A stretch of 64,000 nt of DNA from an uncultured Gammaproteobacteria bacterium (GCA_964535655.1 CAZHTP010000006.1:1532-65531); one strand, 5' to 3'; shown: positions 20,019 to 31,173, counted from the first letter of the stretch. Numbers and translations are program-made. Notes: a model not told the origin generated them from the letters alone.

Positions 20019-20375
20019 ATGGAGCAAATACCAATCATCATCAAGCACAAAAAAACCAAAAAAAACCAGTTAGACGATAAAACCTGTGGAGTAACCAAAA
20101 CGATTAAAATAATTGGAAGTAAGTGGACAATTCTTATTTTGTATAATCTCTTAGTAGGCCCACGTCGCTTCGGTGAACTCCAAAAACTCTTAACCGGCAT
20201 AAGTCCCCGCACGTTATCACTTCGCCTCGCCGAACTAGAAGAAGACGGCTTAATTTCTAAAAAAATTTTCGCCGAAGTCCCCCCTCATGTCGAATATACC
20301 TTGACTAAAAAAGGACAAACACTAAACGACATAATTTGCAAAATGCGCGATTGGGGTGAAAACTCCGAAATGTAA
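20019..20375 (+). CDS. HxlR family winged-helix regulator
   Basis: IIGSKWTILIL, RRFGEL, EVPPHVEYTLT. Confidence 0.92.
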   Translation: MEQIPIIIKHKKTKKNQLDDKTCGVTKTIKIIGSKWTILILYNLLVGPRRFGELQKLLTGISPRTLSLRLAELEEDGLISKKIFAEVPPHVEYTLTKKGQTLNDIICKMRDWGENSEM

Positions 20376-20394
20376 TTTTTAAATCTCGTTTTCA

Positions 20395-20417
20395 TCCCGA
20401 GCATAAGTTGCTCGGGG
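20395..20417. terminator. Hairpin between convergent genes (terminator or REP-like)
   Basis: CCCGAGCA-TAAGT-TGCTCGGG. Confidence 0.5.
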
Positions 20418-20438
20418 GGAATCTTCCAATATTTAATA

Positions 20439-20996
20439 TCAACCCAATTTCAATCGAGCAACAAGATCATCAACCTTCTCTTTTATTAACTCAAATGTAT
20501 TTTGGCTAATCCTTACCGCCTCAAGAGTCTCTTCAATTTCTAATGTTCGCAGCTCATCTAAATCTGGTACATTCCAAATTTCAAATTTCTCAAGCGAAAA
20601 ACCACACTGCTCAACAGCATACCGGTAATGCATCTCAGCCATAAAAACAACATAATCAACATTTTCAAAAGACCTCTCAGAAGTCTGATTCCAATATACC
20701 GATTGATACGGAACTAAATTACTTGCTTCAATAATTCGTTGAGTATACCAACAAACTGGACCACAGGTATTATCCGATGCCTCAGTTCCACTCGAAGAAA
20801 CTTCAACATCCAATTTTTTAGAATTAAGATACGCCTCAGCTAATCTACTTCTATAAACATTCCCTGTACACACAAAATGGATTCTCATCTCCCGGCAATG
20901 ACAATACTGAGCATGTTCAACATGCCAGGCAATTCGCTGTTCTGTTGTAGGATTTTTAGGCATTCTGTTCTTTTCGTGCCATTCCTTAGTAATCAT
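20439..20996 (-). CDS. LMW phosphotyrosine phosphatase/ArsC-like domain with a 36-aa His/Cys-rich N-terminal fusion
   Basis: FVCTGNVYRSRLAE (CX5R) domain begins at ATG 20888; upstream WHEKNRMPKNP..WHVEH..CHCR. Confidence 0.8.
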   Translation of the reverse strand: MITKEWHEKNRMPKNPTTEQRIAWHVEHAQYCHCREMRIHFVCTGNVYRSRLAEAYLNSKKLDVEVSSSGTEASDNTCGPVCWYTQRIIEASNLVPYQSVYWNQTSERSFENVDYVVFMAEMHYRYAVEQCGFSLEKFEIWNVPDLDELRTLEIEETLEAVRISQNTFELIKEKVDDLVARLKLG

Positions 20997-21008
20997 AAAA
21001 CCATCATT

Positions 21009-21745
21009 CTAAGATTGGAGTAAGTTATGCCAATCTTCAAAAAATTTAGCTAGTCCTTTATCGGTGAGCCTATGAGAAATAGTAAAAGATTGCCACTCAG
21101 CAGAAAGAGCAACTTTTTCGTATGCAATTTTTTTCAATTCAGAATTTTCCTTTCCACCATGTACAGGCATTCCCTGCTCCTGCCAATTCTTAAGTACATT
21201 TAAGGGAACAGTAACACACCGTTCTCACCAATATCATCAAGCCGCCCTATAAACGGTGACAAAAATACGTCTCCCCTATCAGCACCGCCAGTTGCAGCAT
21301 ACACAGCTGCTCCTTGTCGCTGCGAAAAAACCAAGGTCATATTGACGCGCATTTTCTCAGCAATACTTTTCTCAGCAGCTGTAAGTCCAGCAGCGATCGC
21401 AGGATATTTAACATGTGCATTTGGGATCCATTGAAAAAATTCTGCGCCCTGATAAAACAACAGGTCAGCGCTTGAAGAACTATCGGCATCAACTTCAATT
21501 GAAACCGATCCATTAGGAATAAGTCTTGAGATTTCAGTCACAATCTCTTTATACAAAGCAAGAATTTCTTCCTTGGAGTACTTTTTTCCATCAGCTCGAG
21601 CTGCCACAATTTCCGGGTGTTTAACCACCAAACTAGGATTCGTTGTTTGACCATCTAAAAATCCTAACAGTTGCAAAGCTTCTTTGGTACCTGCAGGGTT
21701 GCCACTATCCAAAAATATTTTAGTGGTAAGCGCAGCAGGTCGCAT
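21009..21745 (-). pseudogene. tal: Transaldolase with an internal deletion and frameshift near 21215
   Basis: TTNPSL, NMTLVFS, SPFIGRLDD; then in another frame VTVP...HRLTDKGLAKFFEDW to the stop at 21009. Confidence 0.85.
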
Positions 21746-21996
21746 TACTCAGTCCTTTCTACAGAAATAGTACACTCACCTACTAAAGCAGCAACTGCAC
21801 CAATAGCGGCAAGTACAGGAGCAACCACGGCTCCAACGACTCCAAAAGTAAGAGGAAAACTCATTAAAACTTTATCATCCCTGTCTTTTATGGTTATTTT
21901 CCGCGCATTCCCTTCAGCAATAATTTCTTTTACCTTCTTCAATAAATTCTCACCAGATACTTTAAACTCCTCAGTTTTTTTTATTTCTTCAGACAT
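21745..21996 (-). CDS. DUF4342-type small protein
   Basis: KVKEIIAEGNARKI..P.T.GVVG..APVLAAIGA..CTI.VER. Confidence 0.8.
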   Translation of the reverse strand: MSEEIKKTEEFKVSGENLLKKVKEIIAEGNARKITIKDRDDKVLMSFPLTFGVVGAVVAPVLAAIGAVAALVGECTISVERTE

Positions 21997-22059
21997 ATAG
22001 CCTCCTTAATTATACCCACAGTATAATACATTTATGCAAAAAATTCTTCTCGCATTCTT

Positions 22060-22785
22060 TCACCCCAACGATGATGCTTTCAATTTTTTAATCTCCACTT
22101 CACTTAACATCCTCCACGCTCCATCCTTCAAGTCCCCTAGCCTAACCTCACCAATCGCAACTCTTATCAATCGTACAACATGCAAATGCAACGCCGCACA
22201 CATCCGCCGAATCTCACGCTTCTTCCCTTCCAGTAACACCACTTCAATCCACACACCAAAAGAGCCGTGAGACAATACTTGCGTAGATAATGCTTTTGCA
22301 TACCCATCTTCAAGAAGCACTCCCGATTTCATTTTATTTAACGCTTCAGGAATAGCTTTACCAACAACAAGCACATGATACGTCTTAGGAACCCCGTAGC
22401 GGGGATGCGTTAATTTTAATGATAAATCCCCATCATTAGTTAAAAGAAGTAACCCTTCAGAATCCTTATCTAACCGACCAACTGGATAAACGCGCTCTTT
22501 GGTGGAGAACAAATCAAGCACCGTTTTATCAGCAAAAACATCCTTCACTGTCGAAACATAATCAACCGGTTTATTCACAGCCACATAAATCAATTTCTTT
22601 TCGGCAAGACCTATCTGAACCCCGCGAACTTTTACTACTGCGACATCCGGGTCAATTTGCATCCCGAGTTCGCGCAAGATATGCCCGTTAACGGTAACAA
22701 CTCCTTCCGCAATCAAAGCATCAGCACCCCGCCGCGAAGTTACGCCGCAATCTGCAATATATTTATTAATTCGTACCTTAGCCAT
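22060..22785 (-). CDS. rRNA pseudouridine synthase (RsuA/RluB family)
   Basis: S4 domain, VGRLDKDSEGLLLLTNDG, EGKKREIRRM. Confidence 0.93.
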   Translation of the reverse strand: MAKVRINKYIADCGVTSRRGADALIAEGVVTVNGHILRELGMQIDPDVAVVKVRGVQIGLAEKKLIYVAVNKPVDYVSTVKDVFADKTVLDLFSTKERVYPVGRLDKDSEGLLLLTNDGDLSLKLTHPRYGVPKTYHVLVVGKAIPEALNKMKSGVLLEDGYAKALSTQVLSHGSFGVWIEVVLLEGKKREIRRMCAALHLHVVRLIRVAIGEVRLGDLKDGAWRMLSEVEIKKLKASSLG

Positions 22786-22835
22786 ATGTATAGTATAACT
22801 TATCCAAACCTATCCAATATGATACTATAAATACC

Positions 22836-23534
22836 ATGCTGTTTGCTTTAGTTATGACAGTGTTTTCATATTTCTCACAAGCGCATACTTCTACTACGCT
22901 ACTCTCACCGGTACCCGATGATACTTTATCACCTCAAATATTGGGAACATCAACAAACCCTACCCCCTCACCTTTACCAACAGATAGCCCAGTCGCGGCA
23001 CCATCATCAACACCGTTAGCATTAAACATCATAGCCTCCAGTCAGTCACCTTCACCTCCCAACACGCCATTCACTACAACAGAACCTGCAATAATGCCTT
23101 CACCAACAATACAAAACACCGCGGAGCCAACACCATCAGCATTACCATCTGCTTCTCAAGCAAAAACAAATGGACCCACTCCTATCAATACAGTTACTCC
23201 ATCAGCTTCCCCCACACCTTCAGTAAGTCCAACCACTAAGCCGCTCACCGCAAGCGAAATCGATACTCTTTTCACTGAATATGGCCAAAAATATGGAGTA
23301 GATAAAGATCAACTGAAAAGAATTGCCAAATGCGAGTCAGGATTAAATCCTAAGGCTACGAATTTATACTACGGAGGGCTATTCCAATTTTCAGCAGGGT
23401 CGTGGAAAGAATATCGAAGATTAATGGGTAAAGGTACCGATCCAGATCTACGATTCGACCCAGAAGCAGCAATAAATACAGCAGCCTATCTCATTTCAAC
23501 AGGCCACGCATCAGCATGGCCAAACTGCAAATAA
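22836..23534 (+). CDS. Secreted protein with Pro/Ser/Thr linker and lytic transglycosylase-like domain
   Basis: IAKCESG..GLFQF..W..AWPNC. Confidence 0.82.
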   Translation: MLFALVMTVFSYFSQAHTSTTLLSPVPDDTLSPQILGTSTNPTPSPLPTDSPVAAPSSTPLALNIIASSQSPSPPNTPFTTTEPAIMPSPTIQNTAEPTPSALPSASQAKTNGPTPINTVTPSASPTPSVSPTTKPLTASEIDTLFTEYGQKYGVDKDQLKRIAKCESGLNPKATNLYYGGLFQFSAGSWKEYRRLMGKGTDPDLRFDPEAAINTAAYLISTGHASAWPNCK

Positions 23535-23538
23535 CTTA

Positions 23539-23751
23539 TTACTTTGTTCCACACACCTTACAATCAGCTTTATGTGTAGCCATAATATACACCGCACAAA
23601 CGCCTACTACCACATATACTATTTTGGTGATTACAGAAGCACCAAATAATAACTCAACGAGGTTAAGATTGAGTAATCCAACCAACCCCCAATTAACAGC
23701 TCCCACAATAACAAGTAAAAACGCAACCATATGAACCATTTTCATATTCAT
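23539..23751 (-). CDS. DUF378 family small membrane protein
   Basis: LVIVGAVNWGLVG..NLVE.LFG..IVYVVVG. Confidence 0.88.
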   Translation of the reverse strand: MNMKMVHMVAFLLVIVGAVNWGLVGLLNLNLVELLFGASVITKIVYVVVGVCAVYIMATHKADCKVCGTK

Positions 23752-23811
23752 AAAAGCACCTCCTTAAATTAAGGTTAGGCGCTACATTGTGCAATTGCAA
23801 TAAGGAAAAAA

Positions 23812-24055
23812 TCAAACAACCCGCTCTTCTTCACCATCTTTAAGGACATACAATTTCTTCCAGTACAACAAATAACCACACGCTCCTCCCTCAACCCAAA
23901 CAATATCCCTTCCTGCTAAGTTCGCTCGGGCCTGCTCTTCTGAGCAATATTCCAATTCACAAACGGTAACACGGCACCACAATTTTGCAGCAAACTCCAT
24001 GCTCCTCCTTCTTTCCACCTACCCCATTCCTCGCCAATTAAAAACAGTACAGCAT
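23812..24055 (-). pseudogene. Eroded peptidase S51 (dipeptidase E-like) remnant
   Basis: DIVWVEGGACGYLLYW joined directly to KKLYVLKDGE; upstream segment in another frame; catalytic GxSAG region absent. Confidence 0.5.
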
Positions 24056-24113
24056 TGGTATAACATAAAACACGTATCCATATTTTCAATACAAATTGTA
24101 AAATAAAAACAAA

Positions 24114-25670
24114 ATGAATCGCTACACAGAAAAAATGATAAAATACTGTAAAGAAAATAAATATACAGTTGTTATATTTCTCATCCTCATATTTGCTGCA
24201 TTCCTGCGTTTTTATAACTTTCAAAATCACTGGGGAATCGGTAACGACGACACTCGAGATATTTCCATTGCCAAAGAAGCGCTTAAGAGGCACGAACTCC
24301 CACTCATCGGTTCTTTTAGTTCCGCCGGACCGTTTGTCTTTGGCCCTCTATTCTACTGGACTATTATGTTAAGCTTAGTGCTATTTCCTTTCACCATTAT
24401 AGCGCCCTGGATATTTATGGGAATTTTCGGAATGATCACGGTGGCAATACTTATCTATTGCGGGAAATTATTGGGAGGGAAACAATTAGCAGTGCTAACC
24501 GCCCTTTTTGCAGCAACTTCACCCCAACTCGTAATTCGATCATTAACTTTAGGGCAACACTCGTATGTAGCCTTCGCCACCGCCTTACTTTTACTAAGCT
24601 TCATTCTCCTATGGCAACAACAACAAGCACGCTTTGCTTTTTTAATGGGAATTGCGATAGGTATAGCAATAAGCATGCATTACCAGGCTCTTAACTTAGT
24701 GCTCTTTTTCCCATCCGTACTATTCATTCCTAAAACAACGATCAAAAAGAAAATACTCTTTCTAGTGAACATAAGTTTCGGATTTTTAATCCCCTCACTC
24801 CCGCTCATTATTTGGGATGCTCAGCAACAGTTTGCTAATGTCCGCAATATTCTAGATTATTTCTTAATTGGTCAATACCGCTTCTATGTACCTAATAGTT
24901 GGAAATTATTCCTATTCACGTCATTTCCCAAATATTGGTCGTTTGTAATTGGTGGATACCCTATTCTCGGATTAATCCTAATGTTTGTTACCGCCCTTGT
25001 TTTAGCAGTAGCAATAGCTAAGAAAAAAATCCCGGGAGTTCTCATTGCCGCAGGCGCCATTTTTGCAATACTCTTTGTTCTCAACAGATACTATAAAGGT
25101 GAACGATCAGAAGGCTATCTAGTATACTTCCTTCCCTTTATTCTAATTTTTACCATCTACACTATGTACCTTTTATTGTTCAACGAAGCACTCTCTCCTC
25201 GTCTTCGCGTAATCTTGCAAACAACAGGAGTAATGCTTGCAGCAGCGATCTTTATTGGCAATATGAATGAATACAGAAAATATAGCCAGTACATTTCACC
25301 AACCCTCAAAGCGATTTCAGGATCAAAAGCCCTAATAAAAAAATACCCGAACACCAAATTTTCTGTTTTCGATTACAAAGCTCACTATTCGTACCATAGC
25401 CAACCTTTAAGCTTCTTTCTCCAACACGAAGGCAAGATTGATCCCAATGGTATGAAGGTAGGTTTTTCTTGCAATGAACAATGCAATCAAAACTTCCCTG
25501 AGCTAACAACCTTCGTCGATCGCCCTATCCTCGATCTCTCCTCAGAGCCAGAACTTACTCAAAAAAACAACTGGGTCAATGTCAATCAAAAAAGCATGTA
25601 TGACGATCTAATCGGCTGGTCCAAAAAACACCAATTAAAATCCAATCATAAAGTCTTCAATAAATTTTAG
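24114..25670 (+). CDS. GT-C glycosyltransferase (PMT/ArnT-like, family 39 type)
   Basis: FLRFY..DDTRD..PLIG..GPLFYW; many TM segments. Confidence 0.85.
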   Translation: MNRYTEKMIKYCKENKYTVVIFLILIFAAFLRFYNFQNHWGIGNDDTRDISIAKEALKRHELPLIGSFSSAGPFVFGPLFYWTIMLSLVLFPFTIIAPWIFMGIFGMITVAILIYCGKLLGGKQLAVLTALFAATSPQLVIRSLTLGQHSYVAFATALLLLSFILLWQQQQARFAFLMGIAIGIAISMHYQALNLVLFFPSVLFIPKTTIKKKILFLVNISFGFLIPSLPLIIWDAQQQFANVRNILDYFLIGQYRFYVPNSWKLFLFTSFPKYWSFVIGGYPILGLILMFVTALVLAVAIAKKKIPGVLIAAGAIFAILFVLNRYYKGERSEGYLVYFLPFILIFTIYTMYLLLFNEALSPRLRVILQTTGVMLAAAIFIGNMNEYRKYSQYISPTLKAISGSKALIKKYPNTKFSVFDYKAHYSYHSQPLSFFLQHEGKIDPNGMKVGFSCNEQCNQNFPELTTFVDRPILDLSSEPELTQKNNWVNVNQKSMYDDLIGWSKKHQLKSNHKVFNKF

Positions 25671-25678
25671 TTACCTAA

Positions 25679-28600
25679 TTACTTTATTCGTCGCACATTG
25701 AGGCGAGAATGTAAAGGAGAATTCGCCTCCACAACAATAACCCTTTTATCAATAAGCATTTGTTTATAAGCAGACTTCTCAATCATTAGCCTCATCGCAG
25801 ACAGGCAAGTTACAACTTTTTTATACTCCATCCCCACCTCCGAAGCGATCTCTCTCTCAGACAGTCGATCAATCTGCTCTCCGTCCTCAGTAAGCCCATT
25901 GAACAATAAATAAACTCGAAGGTTTTCTCGGGCTCTACTTCGCAATGAGTCAAATAATTCTTTCGTCATAACACTTCTAGAAACACTGTCCGTAATTCCC
26001 CGTAATGAAAGATACGTTAAAACACTATACACTTGCCGCCAGTTATTATCTTCAAAAGGGCCATCTGGCGCATGCAACAATAGTTTTCCATTATCAATAA
26101 TAAATGGATAAATTTCCGTCGATTCTCTTTCCTGTCGCTCTTCCCGTGCTAAAATCGAATTATCTTCAATCATAAGTGACCCAGGCGAGTATTCTATAGT
26201 AACTGGAAAACACAAAGAAGAAACCATACCAGCAGGCACAAAAATCTTATTCTGCGCTCGCACTTCCTCCATCTGTGCCCTGAGGTTTATATTCACTTCA
26301 TCAGTAGAGATTTTAAATCGACTTGCAATCTCACCTACACTCCATCTCCGGTTATTAATATACCCATGAGCAAGCAGCCACATTTCGTACCGAAACATAA
26401 TTTTCTCATCTAAAAAGGAACTCGGCATTATCAAGAAAGGAGACTGACTCTCTTGTCCGTCTCTACTATCCAGAAACTCATTCACCTTTTGACCCAATTC
26501 GAAAGGCACCACCACTCGCTTCAAAACACGCATTGGAGATTCAACACTCTTAATCCTATGACGAATCTTGAAGGTTTCAAGGTCTGGAAATTTAGATTGC
26601 AACTGGGAAGCACTATAATAATGACCATCAACAAATCCATTTTGCCATAACCACAGCGTTCGCTTCGATGCATACATTAAGTACGCCAAGTCTCCTCCAT
26701 TTTTTAACTTATATTGTTCGCGCTCCCCCTCAGTTTCAAATTCTACCGTAATACCTTTATACTTCCTCGGCAGAAATCGCGGCTCTTCTCTTTCTTTCGT
26801 CTTTCCAGTAATCCATTTAGTCGTAACACTCTCAACCAAGCTTAAGTTCTCAGGCGTAATTTCTATATCTACTCCTTCTGCTGAGTTTCCCAAAGCTGAA
26901 ACAATCGAAAATCCCAAAGGTATAGCCAAACGAGTAGCATCAAAAGTGACTAAGGCCGCGCGCATAGCACGCATAAAATACGGCAAGTCCTTTCCAGCCA
27001 AGTTTAAGTAGCCTTGCCTAAATTGCTCAAGAGCAACACCTGTTAATTCCGACTCATAAATCCGTACTCCACCCAATTTGTCAAAATAAGGAAATACCAC
27101 CTCTCGAATCAGTTGTGCAACATTAACGTTGTCATCCCGCACACCACCCCCTAGGCGATTTGCATATGCCGGACTAAATACGTGGGTTTTCGGATTAAAA
27201 ACGACAGATATCTGTACACCATCATCATCAATATTTTTAAGCGAAAATAAATCTTCACGGGAGACTACTGAGTAAACAGACTCCCCGCCCCCTAGTTCAA
27301 TTTCCAAAGAACCAGCCCCCAGTGCATCTCTAACCTGCTGTACTAAGTCTTTAGGCACAGGTAAATTACCTCTATCTTTCGCTAAAACACCTACTCCAGA
27401 TACACCGATCTTCTCATTTTTCAATACACTCGCCCGAGGTAGTGCTACCGTCGGGGTCTTTATCGCGGCATTAAGTTGCTTTTTCTCTTCTACTCCGTAA
27501 GCCGTTTCAACTACACGCCTATTTTCCACCACTGGTTTTAAAGCGCCACCAACATCATCAGTGGCTTGAGCAATTTTTTTATCCAAAGCAGCAGGCAGTT
27601 CACCAAGCCTTCCATACAAGACACTAAAGATAACATGATTCCAAACAGCAGGGTTGTAAGAAAAATTCTCTGAAGTAGCTTGAATTGAAGTAAGTACTTC
27701 ATTAATCATCACGGCAGAATTATATTTCTTCCCTCGATTAGGCAAAACACGCAGTAGCTTTTCAGTAATATACTGTACTGCTAAAACTGAACCATACGCA
27801 TCAGCAGCCGAAAAGGTCTGAGATACTAACCACTGCAGACATTCACGTAAGGCGACTCTGCTTTCATTTGTCGAAAGCAATGCTCCTTCATCTCCATAAA
27901 GGTTAATTATTTCACGATAACGCTCCAAGGCTTTTAAAGCACTCGCAGAGGATAAACTACGAAGATCATCAACAATACTTCCCAGTACAGAATCAACCGT
28001 AGGAGCTGTTGTAGTTTTCTCACCACTCTGAAGAAACCTAACCGAGTGATGTGCAACATTCCGCCTCCAAGAAGAAACATTGCCAGTAATTTCAAAGCTC
28101 GCATCAACTCCACTAAACATTCGATCAAACCGCTCCCCTAACGCCCCTTTACAATCAGAACGTGACACTGTCGGCACAATAACTGTAACTGGCTCAGATC
28201 CAGTCCCAATTGGACGATATGCCCGCGCAATAGCCTGAGGGATATCAGCCGGATTAAAAGGAGGATGCAATAGCACTATGTATATATTTAACCCTTCTGC
28301 ATTAAAGGTAAAAGAATTTGCCCCAGTAAGAAATGTAGTCCCAAGTGTTTGGCCATTTGCTAAAAAATCTACTGTCGCAGTATGTTGGTTAAGAGTTCTA
28401 GCATACAAAGTATCTGCTCGAATTCCTTGAAACTGCAACTTATCTTGCAAAGCAAGTAAACTCGCTTCACCATAACCAGTATCTCGATCAACATACGGTG
28501 AAAAAAATAGTATCCGCGCGCGAGGATCCAAAAGCACTCGTGGTGCAAGCATTGTTGCAGCCCACTCAGTTACTATCTCCGCTTCCTGCTGTAATGCAGA

Positions 28601-29539
28601 ATCGGTCACTTGTCGAAGGGGAGGCAAGGTGGTTTGAATATCATACAATTGGGTAGATATTGGGGGCATATCAAAAAATTGCTCACTGGACCGGCTAACA
28701 ACGGGAACTGTCGGAGTTCGCCAAACACTTGCCCAATCTCCTAGCTCACTCAAGTCATACACAACCGGTGTCGCGCTCAGCAGCAAGCCTCTTGCCCCTC
28801 GTTCGCTTAGTTTAGAAGAAAGCGCTCTAACACTTTTTGTCCTCACAGCAAGATCATCACCCGCCCCCTTAAGTTCATGCGATTCATCAACAACCACAAC
28901 ATGTTGACCAATACCTTTCCCGCCACCATCAAGTGATTCTAAAAATCGACTTTGCACAACCGCAGTAAAGGGGCACATAATAATATCAGCTTTGGTTCCC
29001 TGAAGTCTTTTTAATTTACCCGCAGTGCTTTCTGTTTCTCCGTTTGGCACATCCCATACGAATATGCGCTCACGATTAACCCCAGCAGAAACCAAATCTT
29101 CATATGCTCGAGAAAGCGGCTTATTTTCAGCCAAAAATAGCATTTTGGAGTTCGTCTCTTCGCCAGCATGCGCCTTCCACCCATAAAAGGCAAGTAAAGC
29201 CGTATAAGTCTTACCCATGCCATAATCATCAAATAACCCAACCAATCTACGCGATTCCCAGGCACAAACAATATCATAAGCCCCCATAACTTGCGAAGCA
29301 AAGGGGACTCTGCGCGCTAAGTCGCGCGATCGCAACGGCCTCAAAGATTCATAAAACCGCGCAATTTCTCGGTATCTTGAGATTTCAGAATTTGTGCCTA
29401 CTAAACCCGTAGCGGCTTTCACAAATTCTCTTGACGATCTGAACTCATTATTAGTGATAGCAGCCAAAGAACTATCCGTCAAAGGATTACCAACGCGCAC
29501 ACAAATCTCGACACTCCCAGCATGATTTTCCTGAATCAT
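25679..29539 (-). CDS. SNF2-like SF2 helicase fused to a long C-terminus with three sigma-region-4-like repeats
   Basis: DDYGMGKT, VDESH, LSATP..EL, PFNP..QAIARAYR. Confidence 0.65.
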   Translation of the reverse strand: MIQENHAGSVEICVRVGNPLTDSSLAAITNNEFRSSREFVKAATGLVGTNSEISRYREIARFYESLRPLRSRDLARRVPFASQVMGAYDIVCAWESRRLVGLFDDYGMGKTYTALLAFYGWKAHAGEETNSKMLFLAENKPLSRAYEDLVSAGVNRERIFVWDVPNGETESTAGKLKRLQGTKADIIMCPFTAVVQSRFLESLDGGGKGIGQHVVVVDESHELKGAGDDLAVRTKSVRALSSKLSERGARGLLLSATPVVYDLSELGDWASVWRTPTVPVVSRSSEQFFDMPPISTQLYDIQTTLPPLRQVTDSALQQEAEIVTEWAATMLAPRVLLDPRARILFFSPYVDRDTGYGEASLLALQDKLQFQGIRADTLYARTLNQHTATVDFLANGQTLGTTFLTGANSFTFNAEGLNIYIVLLHPPFNPADIPQAIARAYRPIGTGSEPVTVIVPTVSRSDCKGALGERFDRMFSGVDASFEITGNVSSWRRNVAHHSVRFLQSGEKTTTAPTVDSVLGSIVDDLRSLSSASALKALERYREIINLYGDEGALLSTNESRVALRECLQWLVSQTFSAADAYGSVLAVQYITEKLLRVLPNRGKKYNSAVMINEVLTSIQATSENFSYNPAVWNHVIFSVLYGRLGELPAALDKKIAQATDDVGGALKPVVENRRVVETAYGVEEKKQLNAAIKTPTVALPRASVLKNEKIGVSGVGVLAKDRGNLPVPKDLVQQVRDALGAGSLEIELGGGESVYSVVSREDLFSLKNIDDDGVQISVVFNPKTHVFSPAYANRLGGGVRDDNVNVAQLIREVVFPYFDKLGGVRIYESELTGVALEQFRQGYLNLAGKDLPYFMRAMRAALVTFDATRLAIPLGFSIVSALGNSAEGVDIEITPENLSLVESVTTKWITGKTKEREEPRFLPRKYKGITVEFETEGEREQYKLKNGGDLAYLMYASKRTLWLWQNGFVDGHYYSASQLQSKFPDLETFKIRHRIKSVESPMRVLKRVVVPFELGQKVNEFLDSRDGQESQSPFLIMPSSFLDEKIMFRYEMWLLAHGYINNRRWSVGEIASRFKISTDEVNINLRAQMEEVRAQNKIFVPAGMVSSLCFPVTIEYSPGSLMIEDNSILAREERQERESTEIYPFIIDNGKLLLHAPDGPFEDNNWRQVYSVLTYLSLRGITDSVSRSVMTKELFDSLRSRARENLRVYLLFNGLTEDGEQIDRLSEREIASEVGMEYKKVVTCLSAMRLMIEKSAYKQMLIDKRVIVVEANSPLHSRLNVRRIK

Positions 29540-29583
29540 GTCCTATAGTATATCAAATTGGGTTTCGCATGACAACATTCAGC

Positions 29584-29943
29584 TCAACTTTTCTCCCACG
29601 GACTCATCAATTGAAAATAGTTCCCATCAGGGTCAGAAAAAGTAGCAATCCAACCTGGACCCATTTCATAAGGCTTCGCAACAACAGTTGCCCCTAATCC
29701 TTTTATTCTCTCAAATTCTTCCTTCACTTCCTGAGTTTCGAAATTAAACAGTAAACGCTGTGGCTCAGTAGCTTTATCTTTCACCTCTGAATGGGCGCCT
29801 ATACCAATAAAGCATTTTCCTACCTGCCAACCATACCAATTGTCTTCTACCATGTCAGCAGGCCGCCCAATCACGTTACGATAAAACTCAGCCATAACGT
29901 CAACTTGTGATGTTCCAATCATTATAGAATTTAAATTTAACAT
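29584..29943 (-). CDS. VOC/glyoxalase family protein
   Basis: FYRNVIG..ATFSDPDGNYFQL. Confidence 0.9.
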   Translation of the reverse strand: MLNLNSIMIGTSQVDVMAEFYRNVIGRPADMVEDNWYGWQVGKCFIGIGAHSEVKDKATEPQRLLFNFETQEVKEEFERIKGLGATVVAKPYEMGPGWIATFSDPDGNYFQLMSPWEKS

Positions 29944-30059
29944 TGTGAATCTCCTTTATATAGTCACACTATCAAGTAATACTACTTTACACTCTCCAAT
30001 TATACCGCATTATATGATAATCTACCCTCGCTTTTAAAATAGACAAGGAAAGAACAAAA

Positions 30060-31152
30060 ATGAAAAACACTCAAATTGCTATTATTGGATTAGGATACGT
30101 CGGCCTTCCTCTTGCGCTACTTGCAACAAAAAAAAGATATAGCGTTACTGGGATAGATTTAGATTCTCAAAAAGTGCGAAAAATTAATAATAAGATCTCT
30201 CCTTTCAAAGACGAAGAGATTCAAACCAACCTTACTAAATATCCTTTTACAGCATCAACAAATACCAATTCTCGAAAAAAAATCTAAGCTAAAAGCAGGA
30301 AAAGATTTCTACATAGCTCATTGCCCGGAACGCATTGACCCAGGAAACAAAAAATGGAATGTTGAAAACATTAACCGCATTGTCGGAGGATATGATACTA
30401 TCTCAACTCAAAAAGCAGCACAGTTTTATCGCTCAATCATTACTGGACAAGTTACAGAAATGAGTTCTCTCAAAGAAGCAGAAGCGGTAAAAGTAGTAGA
30501 AAATTCATTCAGAGATGTTAATATAGCCTTTGTAAATGAATTAGCTCAATCCTTTCACGAAATGGGGATCGATGTTGTTAATGTTATTAACGGCGCAGCA
30601 ACCAAACCATTCGCCTTTATGCCCCACTATCCAGGCTGTGGTGTAGGAGGTCACTGTATTCCAGTTGATCCCTATTACCTCATTGAAGAGGCCAGGAAAA
30701 AAGGCTTTGAACATGATTTTCTACGTCTCGCGCGCAGAATTAACAGTAATATGCCGCATTACACTATCAAGATACTCAAAGAAGGATTAAATCAAATTCA
30801 AAAATCCGTATCAGGAACTAAAATAGCAATCCTAGGTGTTTCCTATAAAGCAAATATTGACGATTGTCGCGAAAGCCCCTCCTTTGAAATTATAAAATTG
30901 ATTAATACTTTGGGAGCAATAACTAAAGTATACGATCCATATGTACCGCAACACTCTACAGTTAACACTCTCTCAGAGGCACTTAACGACTGTGAAGCCA
31001 TTGTTCTAACAACAGCACATAATGAATTTAAAGAGCTAACCGTGGCTGAGCTTCACAATAAGGGAATAAGGTTAGTTATCGATGGGCGGAATTGTTTGGA
31101 CAAAACGACGTATCTATCGGCTGGAATCGAATATCGAGGAATCGGCTGCTAA
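30060..31152 (+). pseudogene. UDP-sugar dehydrogenase (WecC/WbpA-like) with an internal deletion near 30262
   Basis: GLGYVGLP; then, in a shifted frame, PILE..CPERIDPG, KVVENSFRDVNIA, GGHCIPVDP; CVPTP and EST segments missing. Confidence 0.88.
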
Positions 31153-31173
31153 CTCTACGTAGGCGACTGTATA

